Source: Candidatus Marinacidobacterales bacterium
GTDB lineage: Bacteria; Acidobacteriota; Vicinamibacteria; Marinacidobacterales; SMYC01
Direction of reading: 5' to 3'
Assembly (NCBI GenBank): GCA_965224085.1
Contig: CBDCYI010000005.1
Span: 736,001 to 800,000, forward strand
DNA: 64,000 nt
Both the position numbers and the translations under genes were made by a program. Shown in pieces: positions 1 through 11,925 of this stretch; position 1 is the stretch's first letter; every line of letters starts with the position of its first letter. Under the pieces are notes generated by a model. That model was given only the letters and a program-made list of their open reading frames with translations. It was not told the DNA's origin and ran no database searches.

Positions 1-8
1 GCCCGCGT

Positions 9-323
9 ATGGAAATCGAACCGAGCGATCACGACTTTGGCGGCGTCAAACCGAATCAAGAGCTGCTGCACGTATTCACCGTGTCGAACGTAGGTACCGA
101 GCCTCTCGAGATCCGTCGCATCTCCACATCCTGCGGCTGCACCGCCGCGATCGCGAAAACCCGTGTTTTGGACCCCGGTGAATCCACGACGCTCGAAGTG
201 GCGCTCGAGACGCGGAAGTACAAGGGCGTCATCGAAAAGAGCGTTTCCGTGGCGTCGAACGACCCTGCCCGCGTGCACACGGTACGCGTGAAAGCCTTCG
301 TGGAAGTGCCCGAGGTGCACTAG
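9..323 (+). CDS. DUF1573-domain (Ig-like) protein, probably 5'-truncated by the window edge
   Basis: HDFG...F.V.N.G..PL.I....SCGCT...L.PGES..L.V pattern typical of DUF1573; the frame is open back to the window start. Confidence 0.8.
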   Translation: MEIEPSDHDFGGVKPNQELLHVFTVSNVGTEPLEIRRISTSCGCTAAIAKTRVLDPGESTTLEVALETRKYKGVIEKSVSVASNDPARVHTVRVKAFVEVPEVH

Positions 324-365
324 CCTGCCCGGACACGGGGGAGCGATTCTGACGGGTTGCAGCTA

Positions 366-403
366 GATCAATACTCAGAAAAGCGTAACGCAAAGCCGCA
401 AAG
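366..403. repeat. dispersed intergenic repeat, copy 1 (GATCAATA-N3-AGAAAAGCGTRACGCAAAGMCGCAAAG)
   Basis: 34/38 identity to 10067-10104 by manual alignment. Confidence 0.75.
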
Positions 404-516
404 GAAAGACAAGAAAAGGAACGAAGATGAGAGGAAACGCTCTTGTCGCTAAATTTTGCCGCGGCCTGGCCTATCAGGGGGGTAGCTGGAAGCCGGTAGC
501 AACTCGGATTGCGGGA

Positions 517-1443
517 CTAGCGGGACGTTCGGGCGAGTAGTGGCTGGGCGACTTTGGCGGCGATCGGTGTTGGCGTCGGCTCCGTGACGAGCTCCCAGTT
601 TTCCGGCGTTCCGAGGATGGCCTGGACAAGCCTCGTGTGCAGCTCGTGGCCGGCGCGCATCGCGACGACATGGGCGTGGAGCGGTCTTCCGAGCAATACG
701 AGATCGCCGAGCAAATCGAGAACCTTGTGGCGTACGAACTCGTCCGGGAAACGCAAGGGGTTGTTCAAAACACCGGTTTCACCGAGAACGACGGCGTTAT
801 CGAGCGAGCCGCCTAGGGCGAGGCCGCTCTGCCGCATGAGCTCGACGTCTTTCAGGAATCCGAAGGTCCGCGCGGGAGCAATTTCTTCGACGAAGCTGGT
901 CTCATCGATCTCCGCCGAATATTCCTGGTGCCGGAGAAGAGGGTGCGCGAAGTTGATGGTGTAGCTGAGCTTCAATCTATCCGAAGGATAGGCCGTGACG
1001 GACCGTCCTCCATCCGTCACGGAGATAGGGCTTGTTAGCTTGATGACGGAACGGGCCGTCGTGAGCTTGCGAATGCCCGCCTCATGAATGAGGTAAATAA
1101 ACGCTGCTGCGCTTCCGTCCATGATAGGCACTTCGGCGCCATCGAGCTCTACGATCACGTTGTCGACGCCGAGCGAGCGAAACGCGGCTAGCAGGTGCTC
1201 GACGGTCTCGATGCGCACGTTATCCCGCGCCAGGCACGTGGCGTGATTGATGTGGGAAAGATGTTCCACCGTGGCAGGGATGTCCCTATCGGACCCGGCA
1301 GCTATGGCAGGTAAATCCACGCGTCGAAAAACGATACCATGATCGGCGGGTGCGGGCTTGAGCGTCAGTTCGACTCTTCGGCCAGAATGAAGGCCAATCC
1401 CGACGCAGCTGGTGACTTCTTTGAGGGTTGTTTGCTTCTGCAT
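517..1443 (-). CDS. lpxC: UDP-3-O-acyl-N-acetylglucosamine deacetylase
   Basis: QTTL...GIGLHSG, TVEHLLAA, EVPIMDGSA, IAPARTFGF and FPDEFVRHKVLDLLGDL motifs; start placed at MQKQ (1443). Confidence 0.97.
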   Translation of the reverse strand: MQKQTTLKEVTSCVGIGLHSGRRVELTLKPAPADHGIVFRRVDLPAIAAGSDRDIPATVEHLSHINHATCLARDNVRIETVEHLLAAFRSLGVDNVIVELDGAEVPIMDGSAAAFIYLIHEAGIRKLTTARSVIKLTSPISVTDGGRSVTAYPSDRLKLSYTINFAHPLLRHQEYSAEIDETSFVEEIAPARTFGFLKDVELMRQSGLALGGSLDNAVVLGETGVLNNPLRFPDEFVRHKVLDLLGDLVLLGRPLHAHVVAMRAGHELHTRLVQAILGTPENWELVTEPTPTPIAAKVAQPLLARTSR

Positions 1444-1470
1444 GCGTCTGACGTTCCGGGGCCTGATTAA

Positions 1471-1486
1471 AGCAACTATCATGCCA
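1471..1486 (-). promoter_or_regulatory. sigma54 (-24/-12) promoter upstream of lpxC
   Basis: Minus strand reads TGGCATGATAGTTGCT with exact GG-N10-GC spacing, 27 nt upstream of the lpxC ATG. Confidence 0.7.
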
Positions 1487-1683
1487 GGCGATGAGCCGGC
1501 CGTGCACGCTCAAATAGTGGCTGGGGCGCAGTTTAGAAGCCTATCGCATCTTCGCGTTGAGAGGGTGTATCGCGTGAGACACACCTCATCGCTGCCGGGT
1601 GTATCTTTTACGCACTTTTCGGGAGCTCCCGACGTTTCTGATAGGATAGGGCTTCCCCCAAATTTGGAGGCCGATTTTCGGAC

Positions 1684-1956
1684 ATGCGACTTGTGGGCAA
1701 GACGGCCTTGATAACGGGTGCGGCTTCCGGGTATCGGCCGCGCGGCGGCCCTGTTGTTTGCGGCAAAGGGCGCGAAGCTTGCGTTGAACGACGTGCACGG
1801 CCCGTCGGCTTGGCAGCTCGATCGCGACGTCTATTCCGAGCATATCTTCCCAGCGACGAAGCGAGCTATATTACAGGGCAGGTACTGTTCTTCGATAGCG
1901 GCGTGAGTGTGGGCCTCCTGAAGATTGTGACGGGTCGGAGGAACACGGGCCTATGA
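1684..1956 (+). pseudogene. SDR family oxidoreductase remnant (frameshift plus large internal deletion)
   Basis: MRLVGKTALITGAASG, frameshift, IGRAAALLFAAKGAKLALNDV, joined almost directly to the SDR C-terminus SDEASYITGQVLFFDSG; NNAG and YxxxK core missing. Confidence 0.85.
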
Positions 1957-2516
1957 TCGCTGAACAGACGCCGTCGGAATCGGAGCAAGGCGATCGCATG
2001 GATTTTGGTAGTTACCTTCAGCAAAGTATCCAAATCCTACAGCTTGATACCGACGCCATTCGGGACGTCTCTAAAGACGAAGATGCGCTCCTCCCAGCGC
2101 TGATTTTCTTTGCCGTGTCGGGACTTGCGATCGGTGCAGGCCGCCATAGTTTCGAAACTCTCATCTTCGGACCGATCCTTGCAGCGCTACTTTCTTTCGT
2201 CTTCGTCGGTCTTCTGAATATCCTCTCGCGACTCTTCGGTGGCTCGGCGAGTTTTCTCGATCTCTATCGTCCGCTCGGGCTGGCTGCACCGGTCCAGTGG
2301 GTGCAAGCCGTTCCTATCATCGGACCTTTTCTAGGATTCTTTGCGCTCGTCTACCTGGCGGTGATTGCCGGGCTGACGCTCGAATGTGTCGGCGCCCTCT
2401 CACGCCCAAGAGCCGCAGCCGTCATAGCACTTCTCGCCGGCATCAGCTTGTTTCTCTTTCTCGTGTTCTTTGCAATGGTCGGCTCGCTCCTGCTCTTCCG
2501 TGCGCTCTTCTCCTGA
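1953..2516 (+). CDS. Yip1-like multi-pass membrane protein
   Basis: About five hydrophobic segments; LFGG.ASF and ..IP.IG patterns. Confidence 0.65.
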   Translation: MIAEQTPSESEQGDRMDFGSYLQQSIQILQLDTDAIRDVSKDEDALLPALIFFAVSGLAIGAGRHSFETLIFGPILAALLSFVFVGLLNILSRLFGGSASFLDLYRPLGLAAPVQWVQAVPIIGPFLGFFALVYLAVIAGLTLECVGALSRPRAAAVIALLAGISLFLFLVFFAMVGSLLLFRALFS

Positions 2517-2598
2517 CGACAGAGCTCGAAAGAGAACTACTTGCGTCTTCGCCTTCTTTTCTCTACCTTAGTGTTGGAAATAGGAGGCAACGGGCCCG

Positions 2599-5144
<2,546 letters not shown>

Positions 5145-5145
<1 letters not shown>

Positions 5146-7055
5146 TGGCGTCTTACACCGCGAAGGACATCACCGTTCTTCAAGGCCTCGAGCCGGTGCG
5201 GAAGCGCCCCGGCATGTACATTGGGGGCGTTTCATCGCACGGCCTTCACCATCTCATCTGGGAGGTGCTCGACAATAGCGTCGACGAAGCGATGAACGGC
5301 TATGCGAGCGCGATTCAGCTCACGCTCCACGCTGACGGCTCCTCGGTCACAGTCTCGGATGACGGACGCGGCATTCCCGTCGACAAACACCCGCGCGCGA
5401 AAAAGTCGGCGCTCGAGATCATCCTCACGACGCTGCATGCGGGCGGCAAGTTCGAAGGTCAGAACTACAAGACGGCGGGAGGGCTCCACGGTGTCGGTGC
5501 CTCCGTCGTGAACGCGCTCTCATCGCATCTCGTCGCGACCGTGAAGCGGAACGGAAGCGTCTACGAGATGAAGTTCAAGGCGGGAAAGCCCATTACCAAG
5601 CTCCGAAAAAATGGCGCGGGGCGCGGCACGGGGACGAAGATCACTTTTCATCCCGACCCGAAGATCTTTCCGAAGACTCGCTTCAACCCGAACACCATCC
5701 GCGAGCGGCTCGAGACGACGAGCTATCTGCACAAAGGCCTCCGCATCACGTTCATCGACGAGGTCAACAAGACAAAGACGGTGTTCGAGCATTCGGAGGG
5801 GATCAGCGCCTATCTTGCCCGCATCCTCTCTGACCGACGAGCGAAGCCGGTGCACGAGGCGCCTTTTGTGCTCGAGCGTGCGCAGAATGGGGAAGGCACG
5901 CGGATCGAGCTCGTAGGTCAATGGACGGAGTCGACCGACGAGCTCGTTAGAAGTCACGTCAATGGCATCCCGACTGCCTCAGGAGGCTCACACGAAAACG
6001 GCCTCCGCTCCGGCCTTGGAAAGGCGATCCGCAACTACATCGAAACGCACAAGCTCGCGCCGAAAGGCGTCACGCTTTCTTCGGAAGACATACGAGAAGG
6101 TCTCGTCGCGGTGCTGAGCATCTTCGTGACCGATCCGCAGTTCCAGGGCCAGACGAAAGACCGCCTCAACAATCCCGAAGTCCAGCAATATATCGACGGA
6201 GCGGTGCGGCCCGGGCTCGAGCACTGGCTCAACCACAATCGCTCGGCGGCCGAAGCCATCGTCGCGCGCATCATCCTCGCCGGTCGAGCGCGTGAAGCCT
6301 CCCGCGCGGCTTCGGCGGCGGTGACCCGCAAGAGTGCAACGACCGCGCGGCTGATGCTTCCGGGAAAGCTCAGCGACTGCACCGCGACCCGCTCGGCGGA
6401 TACGGAGCTGTTCATTGTCGAGGGCGACTCGGCTGGCGGCTCCGCCAAACAAGGACGGGATCGCGCGCGACAAGCCGTGCTGCCGCTTCGCGGCAAAGTC
6501 TTGAACACCGAGCAAGCATCGCTCGCGAAAGTCCTCGAGAACAAAGAGCTCGCCGATCTCGTTCAAGCGCTCGGGTGCGATCTTGGCAAGAGCTTCGATT
6601 TGTCGAAGCTTCGCTATCAGCGCGTGATTCTGCTGGCCGATGCGGACGCGGACGGCCATCACATCACAACCCTTCTGTTGACCTTCATCTATCGGCACAT
6701 GCCGGAGCTCATCCGCGCCGGGCGCATCTACATCGCGCAGCCGCCCTTGTACCGAATCGATATCGGCAAAGAGACGTTTTGGGCGGCCGACGAAGCGGCG
6801 CGGGCACGCATCATGGAAAGACACGGCAAGGGCAAGAAAGCCGACATCACGCGCTTCAAAGGCCTCGGTGAGATGATGCCTAAAGTGTTGTGGGAGACCA
6901 CGCTCAACCCCAAGACGCGCCGCCTTCAACGCGTCCGCATCGAGGACGCGCTCCGAACGGACCGCATCATCTCAGCTCTGATGGGGAAAGATCCATCGGC
7001 GCGCTTCAACTTCATCATGGAGCGCGCCGTTACGGCCGAGCAGCTCGACGTGTAG
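5145..7055 (+). CDS. parE: type IIA DNA topoisomerase subunit B (topoisomerase IV-like)
   Basis: VRKRPGMYIG, EVLDNSVDE, DDGRGIP, GLHGVG, VEGDSAGGS, PLRGK, DADADG, RFKGLGEM; coupled to subunit A by TGATG. Confidence 0.85.
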
Positions 7056-7064
7056 GATCGGCCC

Positions 7065-8303
7065 GTGAAGCATGTGAAGAGAGTTGCTCTCGGGGCCGTT
7101 CTTCTCCTCGTGCTGCTCGTTGTTGTCGTGTGGTCGGTCGACGTCGACGCCACCGCTATGGGGCGAAGCGCGCTCAGGGCGGCTAGCGCCTCCACCGGGA
7201 CACGGTTCAAGGGCTCCCAGTTCCACTTCGATCTGTTCCGAGGCCTTCGGATAGAGGGTATTGATGCCGGCGCGTCTTTTCCGAGCGTGCGGTACGAGCT
7301 TGCGATACCGGAAACGCGGTTCGAACATCGCTTCACGCCGCTTCTGCGTCGCCAGGTCGCCATCGAACGCGTGGTCGTGAAAAAACCGCGTGTTGAGTTC
7401 GTCTACGGCCTTCCCATCGAGAACGAAGCTCCCCCCTCGCCCGTGCGCAGCGACCCTCCGTCGCAGAGGTCCGGCGCTGAAGGCCCCTCGCCCCCGCGGT
7501 CGCCCAATCTATCCCCCAATCTATCCCATAATCTATCGATGACACCGTCGGAGATCGTGATCCAAGACGGAACGATCTACTTGAGGGATGCGAGGCGGCG
7601 AGGCAACGGCATTACGGTGGGCGGACTCGACCTCGCACTGAGCGGTCCGGAAGTCGCGACCGGCGCCCTGACGCTGCTGCACGCGATCACCGGTTCGGGT
7701 GTGCTCGCCGCGCGCGCGCTGCGTTTCGGTGATATGCAGGCGCGAGACGCGTCCGCAGCGCTCTCGATGGCAGGAGGGCGTATCGACTTGGAGGGCGAAG
7801 TGCTCCTGGAAATAGGCGTCGTGCGCGGTAGCGTGCATCTCGATTTCAATTCCTTGCCCTTCCGCCACCGGATCTCGGTCCAGGGCCGGCTCGCCGGCGT
7901 CCCGGGCGTCGTGAGCTTGGACTTGGCGGGGTTTGGGCTCGATCCGAAAAACATCTCGGGCGACGGACACCTCGCGATCCCGGACGGCCGTTTCGATGAC
8001 GCGCCGCTCTGGGAAGCGCTCGGTCTCGTCGGACAGGACCATCACCCCGACGAAGTCTCGATCAAGATCGGGGATGGAAAGATTCTTCTTGACGGCAGCT
8101 GGCTAAAAGGGTCGATCGATTTCGGGGGTGCGCTCGAGCTTCAAGTGCAAGGCGAGTCCGTCTCGGGAACGTGGGAGAGGCCGGTGGGCCATCTCAGTCC
8201 CGATGGGTCTTCTCGAAGCGAAGCGCCGCGATCTGCTCCGAGAGAAGGCCGAACAGAAACAGCCCCGCCGAGCCCGCCAATAGAAGCACCGACGTATTGG
8301 TGA
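7065..8303 (+). CDS. AsmA-like membrane-anchored protein (3' end uncertain)
   Basis: N-terminal TM anchor, beta-rich body with AsmA-like segments (I.RVVV..P.V, I.DGTIYL.D); the last 110 nt overlap the convergent GT2 gene. Confidence 0.55.
   Translation: MKHVKRVALGAVLLLVLLVVVVWSVDVDATAMGRSALRAASASTGTRFKGSQFHFDLFRGLRIEGIDAGASFPSVRYELAIPETRFEHRFTPLLRRQVAIERVVVKKPRVEFVYGLPIENEAPPSPVRSDPPSQRSGAEGPSPPRSPNLSPNLSHNLSMTPSEIVIQDGTIYLRDARRRGNGITVGGLDLALSGPEVATGALTLLHAITGSGVLAARALRFGDMQARDASAALSMAGGRIDLEGEVLLEIGVVRGSVHLDFNSLPFRHRISVQGRLAGVPGVVSLDLAGFGLDPKNISGDGHLAIPDGRFDDAPLWEALGLVGQDHHPDEVSIKIGDGKILLDGSWLKGSIDFGGALELQVQGESVSGTWERPVGHLSPDGSSRSEAPRSAPREGRTETAPPSPPIEAPTYW
7500..7538 (+). repeat. 12-bp tandem repeat (about 3 units) encoding SPNL-SPNL-SHNL
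   Basis: cccaatctatcc/cccaatctatcc/cataatctatcg visible in the sequence. Confidence 0.7.
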
Positions 8304-9066
8304 CGTGCATCTCGTCGATGATTGTGTAGACCATGTAGCCCGCGCCGACGATGAAGAACGTGAGCGCTACGGGGAAAAAGATCCTGAGCGGGCTGAAGAG
8401 TGTGATCATCCTCAGAATGAGCATGACGAAACGCCAGCCTTCACGGGAGGGACGCATCTTGCTCTTTTCCTTGCCCCCGCGTTTCTTGCCTTCGATGGGG
8501 ACGAAACACACGCTGTAGCCGGCTTTAATGAAAGCGAGCGTGCTCGTGGCCGGATAGCTGAAGCCGTTCGGGAACAAGTGGATGAACTCGCGGATTCGAT
8601 CGCGCCGCGCCGCGCGGAACCCGGAGGTCAAATCCCAAATCTTGAAGCCCGAGAGCATCGTGGCGAAGCGGTTGAGCGCGGCGTTTCCGAGGCCTCTCGA
8701 TAGCGTCGCCTGGTCGCTGAAGGATCGAACTCCGACCGCGAGGTCGTATTCCGGAAGCTTCGCCATCAGTTTTACGATCTCTTTCGGCGGGTGCTGTCCG
8801 TCCGCGTCCATGAGCAGGACGAAATCGCCTTCGGCGGCGCGCAGAGCACTCTTGACAGCCGCGCCGTTGCCCTTGTTGTAGGGGTGGCAGACGACTTTGG
8901 CACCCGTCCCTTTGGCTCGGGCTGCGGTCCCGTCGGACGAGCCGTCATCGACAACAACGATCTCTTTCCAGTTGCCGAGGCTTTGGACCTCGGCGATGAC
9001 GCTGGCGATGCCGCTTTCTTCTTCGAAGGCGGGTATGAGAACACTCGTCCGCTCGACGATCTTCAT
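8194..9066 (-). CDS. glycosyltransferase family 2 (DPM/DPG-synthase-like, two C-terminal TM)
   Basis: SVLIPAFEEE, VVDDGSSDGT, NKGNGAA, MDADGQH, DLTSGFRA. Confidence 0.92.
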   Translation of the reverse strand: MKIVERTSVLIPAFEEESGIASVIAEVQSLGNWKEIVVVDDGSSDGTAARAKGTGAKVVCHPYNKGNGAAVKSALRAAEGDFVLLMDADGQHPPKEIVKLMAKLPEYDLAVGVRSFSDQATLSRGLGNAALNRFATMLSGFKIWDLTSGFRAARRDRIREFIHLFPNGFSYPATSTLAFIKAGYSVCFVPIEGKKRGGKEKSKMRPSREGWRFVMLILRMITLFSPLRIFFPVALTFFIVGAGYMVYTIIDEMHVTNTSVLLLAGSAGLFLFGLLSEQIAALRFEKTHRD

Positions 9067-10052
9067 CGATGGGTTTCCTGATGCTCTCGTTCCCTCTTCT
9101 TGGCCTCTGCGGCCATCCGGTCGTCGAGCACGCGCTGGCGATAGAGCACTTCTTCGAGGAGCCGCCTCGACGACACGTTGATATCCGCTACGAGACCGAT
9201 GAGGAAGAACATGAAACCGAGGATCAGAAGAACGCCGGCGAGCACGACGGACTGGACGTGCCCTTGTCCCTCACCGAGGATTTCTCGAAAGTAAAGATAG
9301 CGAAGCCCGAGAGCGGCGCCGGGGACGATTAATGCCGCGCCGGCATAGCTGAAGAACTTGAGCGGCTCGAACATCGCGTAGATGCGGACAATGGTCGAGG
9401 CCGATCGCTTCACGTAGTCCCAGTTCGAGCGAATGAGACGGCTAGGCCGGGTTCGCCGTGCTTCGATGGGGACGTGGGCGATAGCGAGCCTCTTTTTCCC
9501 CGCCTGGATGATCGTCTCGAGCGTATAAGTGTAGTCGGAGACGAGGTTCAAACGCTGCGCCGTCTGTCGCGTAAAAGCGCGGAAGCCGCTCGTCGTGTCG
9601 GGCACATCGGTCCCCGAGACTTGCCGCACGACCCAGCTTCCTAGCGTCTGAAGCTTCTTCTTCGTGAACGAAAAATGTTCGACGCTCGCCACTTGCCGAT
9701 CGCCCACTACCATGTCGGCTTCACCACGAAGTATCGGTCCAACAAGCTCCGCAATGGCGGAACCAGGATATTGGTTGTCCCCGTCGGTATTAACGACGAT
9801 GTCCGCCCCGAGCCCGAGCGCCGCATCGATCCCGGTCTTGAACGTCGCCGCAAGACCCCGACTCCGAGTAGATCGCACCACGTGATCAACACCGTGCTGA
9901 CGCGCAACCTCAGCCGACCCGTCCGTCGACCCATCATCGAGCAGCAATATCTCAATCTCGTCGACACCGTCGATATGCCGCGGAATCTCCGCAAGCGTCT
10001 CCGGAAGCGTACCCGCTTCATTGAGGCAAGGAATCTGAACAATAAGCTTCAT
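9063..10052 (-). CDS. glycosyltransferase family 2 (DPM/DPG-synthase-like, two C-terminal TM)
   Basis: IVQIPCLNEA, DDGSTDGS, NTDGDNQY, PDTTSGFRAF. Confidence 0.92.
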   Translation of the reverse strand: MKLIVQIPCLNEAGTLPETLAEIPRHIDGVDEIEILLLDDGSTDGSAEVARQHGVDHVVRSTRSRGLAATFKTGIDAALGLGADIVVNTDGDNQYPGSAIAELVGPILRGEADMVVGDRQVASVEHFSFTKKKLQTLGSWVVRQVSGTDVPDTTSGFRAFTRQTAQRLNLVSDYTYTLETIIQAGKKRLAIAHVPIEARRTRPSRLIRSNWDYVKRSASTIVRIYAMFEPLKFFSYAGAALIVPGAALGLRYLYFREILGEGQGHVQSVVLAGVLLILGFMFFLIGLVADINVSSRRLLEEVLYRQRVLDDRMAAEAKKREREHQETHR

Positions 10053-10066
10053 ACTCTAGGCCGGAG

Positions 10067-10104
10067 GATCAATAATAAGAAAAGCGTGACGCAAAGACGC
10101 AAAG
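10067..10104. repeat. dispersed intergenic repeat, copy 2
   Basis: 34/38 identity to 366-403, followed by further CGCAAAG-like units. Confidence 0.75.
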
Positions 10105-10164
10105 TCCAAAGGCGCAAAGGAAAAAAACGCAAGGACACTCTCTTGGCTTCTCTGCTTTGAGCTC

Positions 10165-11223
10165 TCAAACGTTGAACCGAAAGTAAACCACATCTGCCTC
10201 CGCGATGGGGTATTCTTTTCCTTCGAGGCGCAAGACGCCTTTGTCGCGACAGGCGTTCCAAGAGCCTTCGCGGACGAGAATATCGTAGTGCACCACTTCG
10301 GCTCGAATGTAACCGCGCTCCATATCGCTGTGGATCGTGCCTGCCGCTTTGACCGCTTTGGTATCGCGCGGAATGATCCACGCCCGTGATTCGGTGTCTC
10401 CCGCGGTGTAGAACGTGATGACGTCGAGCAGATCGAAAGCAGCGCGAACGACGCGCTCAGCCATCCCATCGGAGAGGCCGAGATCGTCGCGAAACGTCTT
10501 GGCGTCGACGGGCGGAAGCTCCGCGATCTCGCTCTCGATGCGCGCCGAGACGTAAGTTAGCGCGAAACCGGGGGCCTCTCGCCACGCTGTCAAACCGAGC
10601 TTCTCGGTGAGAGCGGAACCGCTGGCTTCGTCCTCGCCGACATTGACGACCGCGAGTAGGGGCTTCGCTGTCAAGAGCGCGTAGCCCCGGAGCCGGTCGC
10701 GATCCTCGACGGAGAGTGCTGCGCGAAGCGGCCGGCCGTCGGAGAGCGCCTTCACGGCCTGCTCGAGCGCTTTGAGCTCGTGCGCGTCCGTCGGGCGCCC
10801 GTTCTTGTCGTCTGCTTTCATCCGCTCGTAACGTTTCTCCACGACAGCGAGGTCGGCGAGGGTGAGCTCGAGCTCCATGAGTTCGAGGTCGCGCGCGGCG
10901 TCGACGCGGTTTTCGGGGTGGGGCACAGAGGGCTCTTCGAAAGCGCGCACGACGTGGACGAGCACGTCGACGTTGCGCAAGCTGCTCACGTCGAGCTTGT
11001 CCGAGCGACCTTTGACGAGGCTCGGAAGGAGAACGAACTCGATGGTCGCCGCCGTCGTCTTCTTCGACTCATGGAGCCGCGTGAGCTCTTCGAGCCTTGG
11101 GTCGGGGATGCGGAGGATGCCCATTTGCTCCGCGCGCGACGTGGCCGCACCCGTGACTTGGGTCAGGAGCGCAAAGAGCGTGCGCTTTCCTACTCCATCG
11201 AAGCCGACGATGCCTGCTTTCAT
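10165..11223 (-). CDS. ychF: YchF-family (Obg-like) ATPase
   Basis: GIVG...GK.TLF..LT, PDPRL, LVHVVRAF, LLTAKP, AAGTIHSDMERGYIRAEV, EGKEY, C-terminal FRFNV. Confidence 0.9.
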   Translation of the reverse strand: MKAGIVGFDGVGKRTLFALLTQVTGAATSRAEQMGILRIPDPRLEELTRLHESKKTTAATIEFVLLPSLVKGRSDKLDVSSLRNVDVLVHVVRAFEEPSVPHPENRVDAARDLELMELELTLADLAVVEKRYERMKADDKNGRPTDAHELKALEQAVKALSDGRPLRAALSVEDRDRLRGYALLTAKPLLAVVNVGEDEASGSALTEKLGLTAWREAPGFALTYVSARIESEIAELPPVDAKTFRDDLGLSDGMAERVVRAAFDLLDVITFYTAGDTESRAWIIPRDTKAVKAAGTIHSDMERGYIRAEVVHYDILVREGSWNACRDKGVLRLEGKEYPIAEADVVYFRFNV

Positions 11224-11337
11224 GGAACTTCGCGCATCTTACTACAACACGATTAGAGTCCGTGTGACGGCCAAATGAGGGGAAAACACTACGCTAGATA
11301 TGGGGCGTCGGTGGACCTGAAGCCCCTTAAATGCTTC

Positions 11338-11367
11338 TTGACATTACGCTAGTGGCTATTTTAGGAT
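11338..11367 (+). promoter_or_regulatory. sigma70-type promoter of the dcw operon
   Basis: TTGACA (11338-11343), 18 nt, TAGGAT (11362-11367). Confidence 0.6.
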
Positions 11368-11395
11368 CTGAGTGGATCAAGGTGGAACAAAGTGG
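11352..11395 (+). promoter_or_regulatory. MraZ-binding repeats
   Basis: GTGG at 11352, 11372, 11382 and 11392, all in 10-bp phase, upstream of mraZ. Confidence 0.75.
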
Positions 11396-11454
11396 TCTGA
11401 AACCTGAAAATCTGGCCTGTCGTCGGTGGAAGTTTCGACTAGGGCCGGGGAGAG

Positions 11455-11904
11455 GTGTTTACATTGCTCCGGGGTAATCATCCTGCTCGGGTCGATGAAA
11501 AGGGTCGTCTCAAAATTCCGACGAGCTTCTTGCAGCTCATCGAGACGAATTTTGGATTGGATGTTTTCATCACCAGTTTGGGCGGGGACAACGTTCGGGT
11601 TTACCCCATTGAGTCCTGGGCCGAGTTCGAGAGAAAGCTCGGCGGGATGCCCGATTTCCACCCCACAAAACAGAAGCTTTTGAAACGCGTGCATTTCTTT
11701 GGACAGGCTACCACACTTGACAAGCAAGGCCGGCTCGTCATTCCCGCGCAACTGCGAGAATCCGCCCAGATGAAGGGAAGTGTCGACGTGTTGGGAATGC
11801 AGGACCATTTGGAGGTTTGGAATCACGACTATCTGGCGGATCAGATTCACGGTGAGCCGTTCGGTGAGGACGATCAACGTGCCATGGCGGAGTTCGACAT
11901 CTGA
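11455..11904 (+). CDS. mraZ: division/cell wall cluster transcriptional repressor MraZ
   Basis: Two DxKGR/DKQGR repeats, HLEVWN; first gene of the dcw cluster. Confidence 0.95.
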   Translation: MFTLLRGNHPARVDEKGRLKIPTSFLQLIETNFGLDVFITSLGGDNVRVYPIESWAEFERKLGGMPDFHPTKQKLLKRVHFFGQATTLDKQGRLVIPAQLRESAQMKGSVDVLGMQDHLEVWNHDYLADQIHGEPFGEDDQRAMAEFDI

Positions 11905-11925
11905 CGTGGAACAGAGAGAGAAGGT

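Noticed and set aside
377-410. ACGCAAAGCC resembling part of a c-di-GMP-I riboswitch
   Set aside because: No GGCAAAC/GAAA stem upstream, and the site is between convergent gene ends; better explained as a dispersed repeat
11291-11306. NrdR-box-like ACGCTAGATATGGGGC
   Set aside because: Single degenerate copy and no ribonucleotide reductase gene nearby
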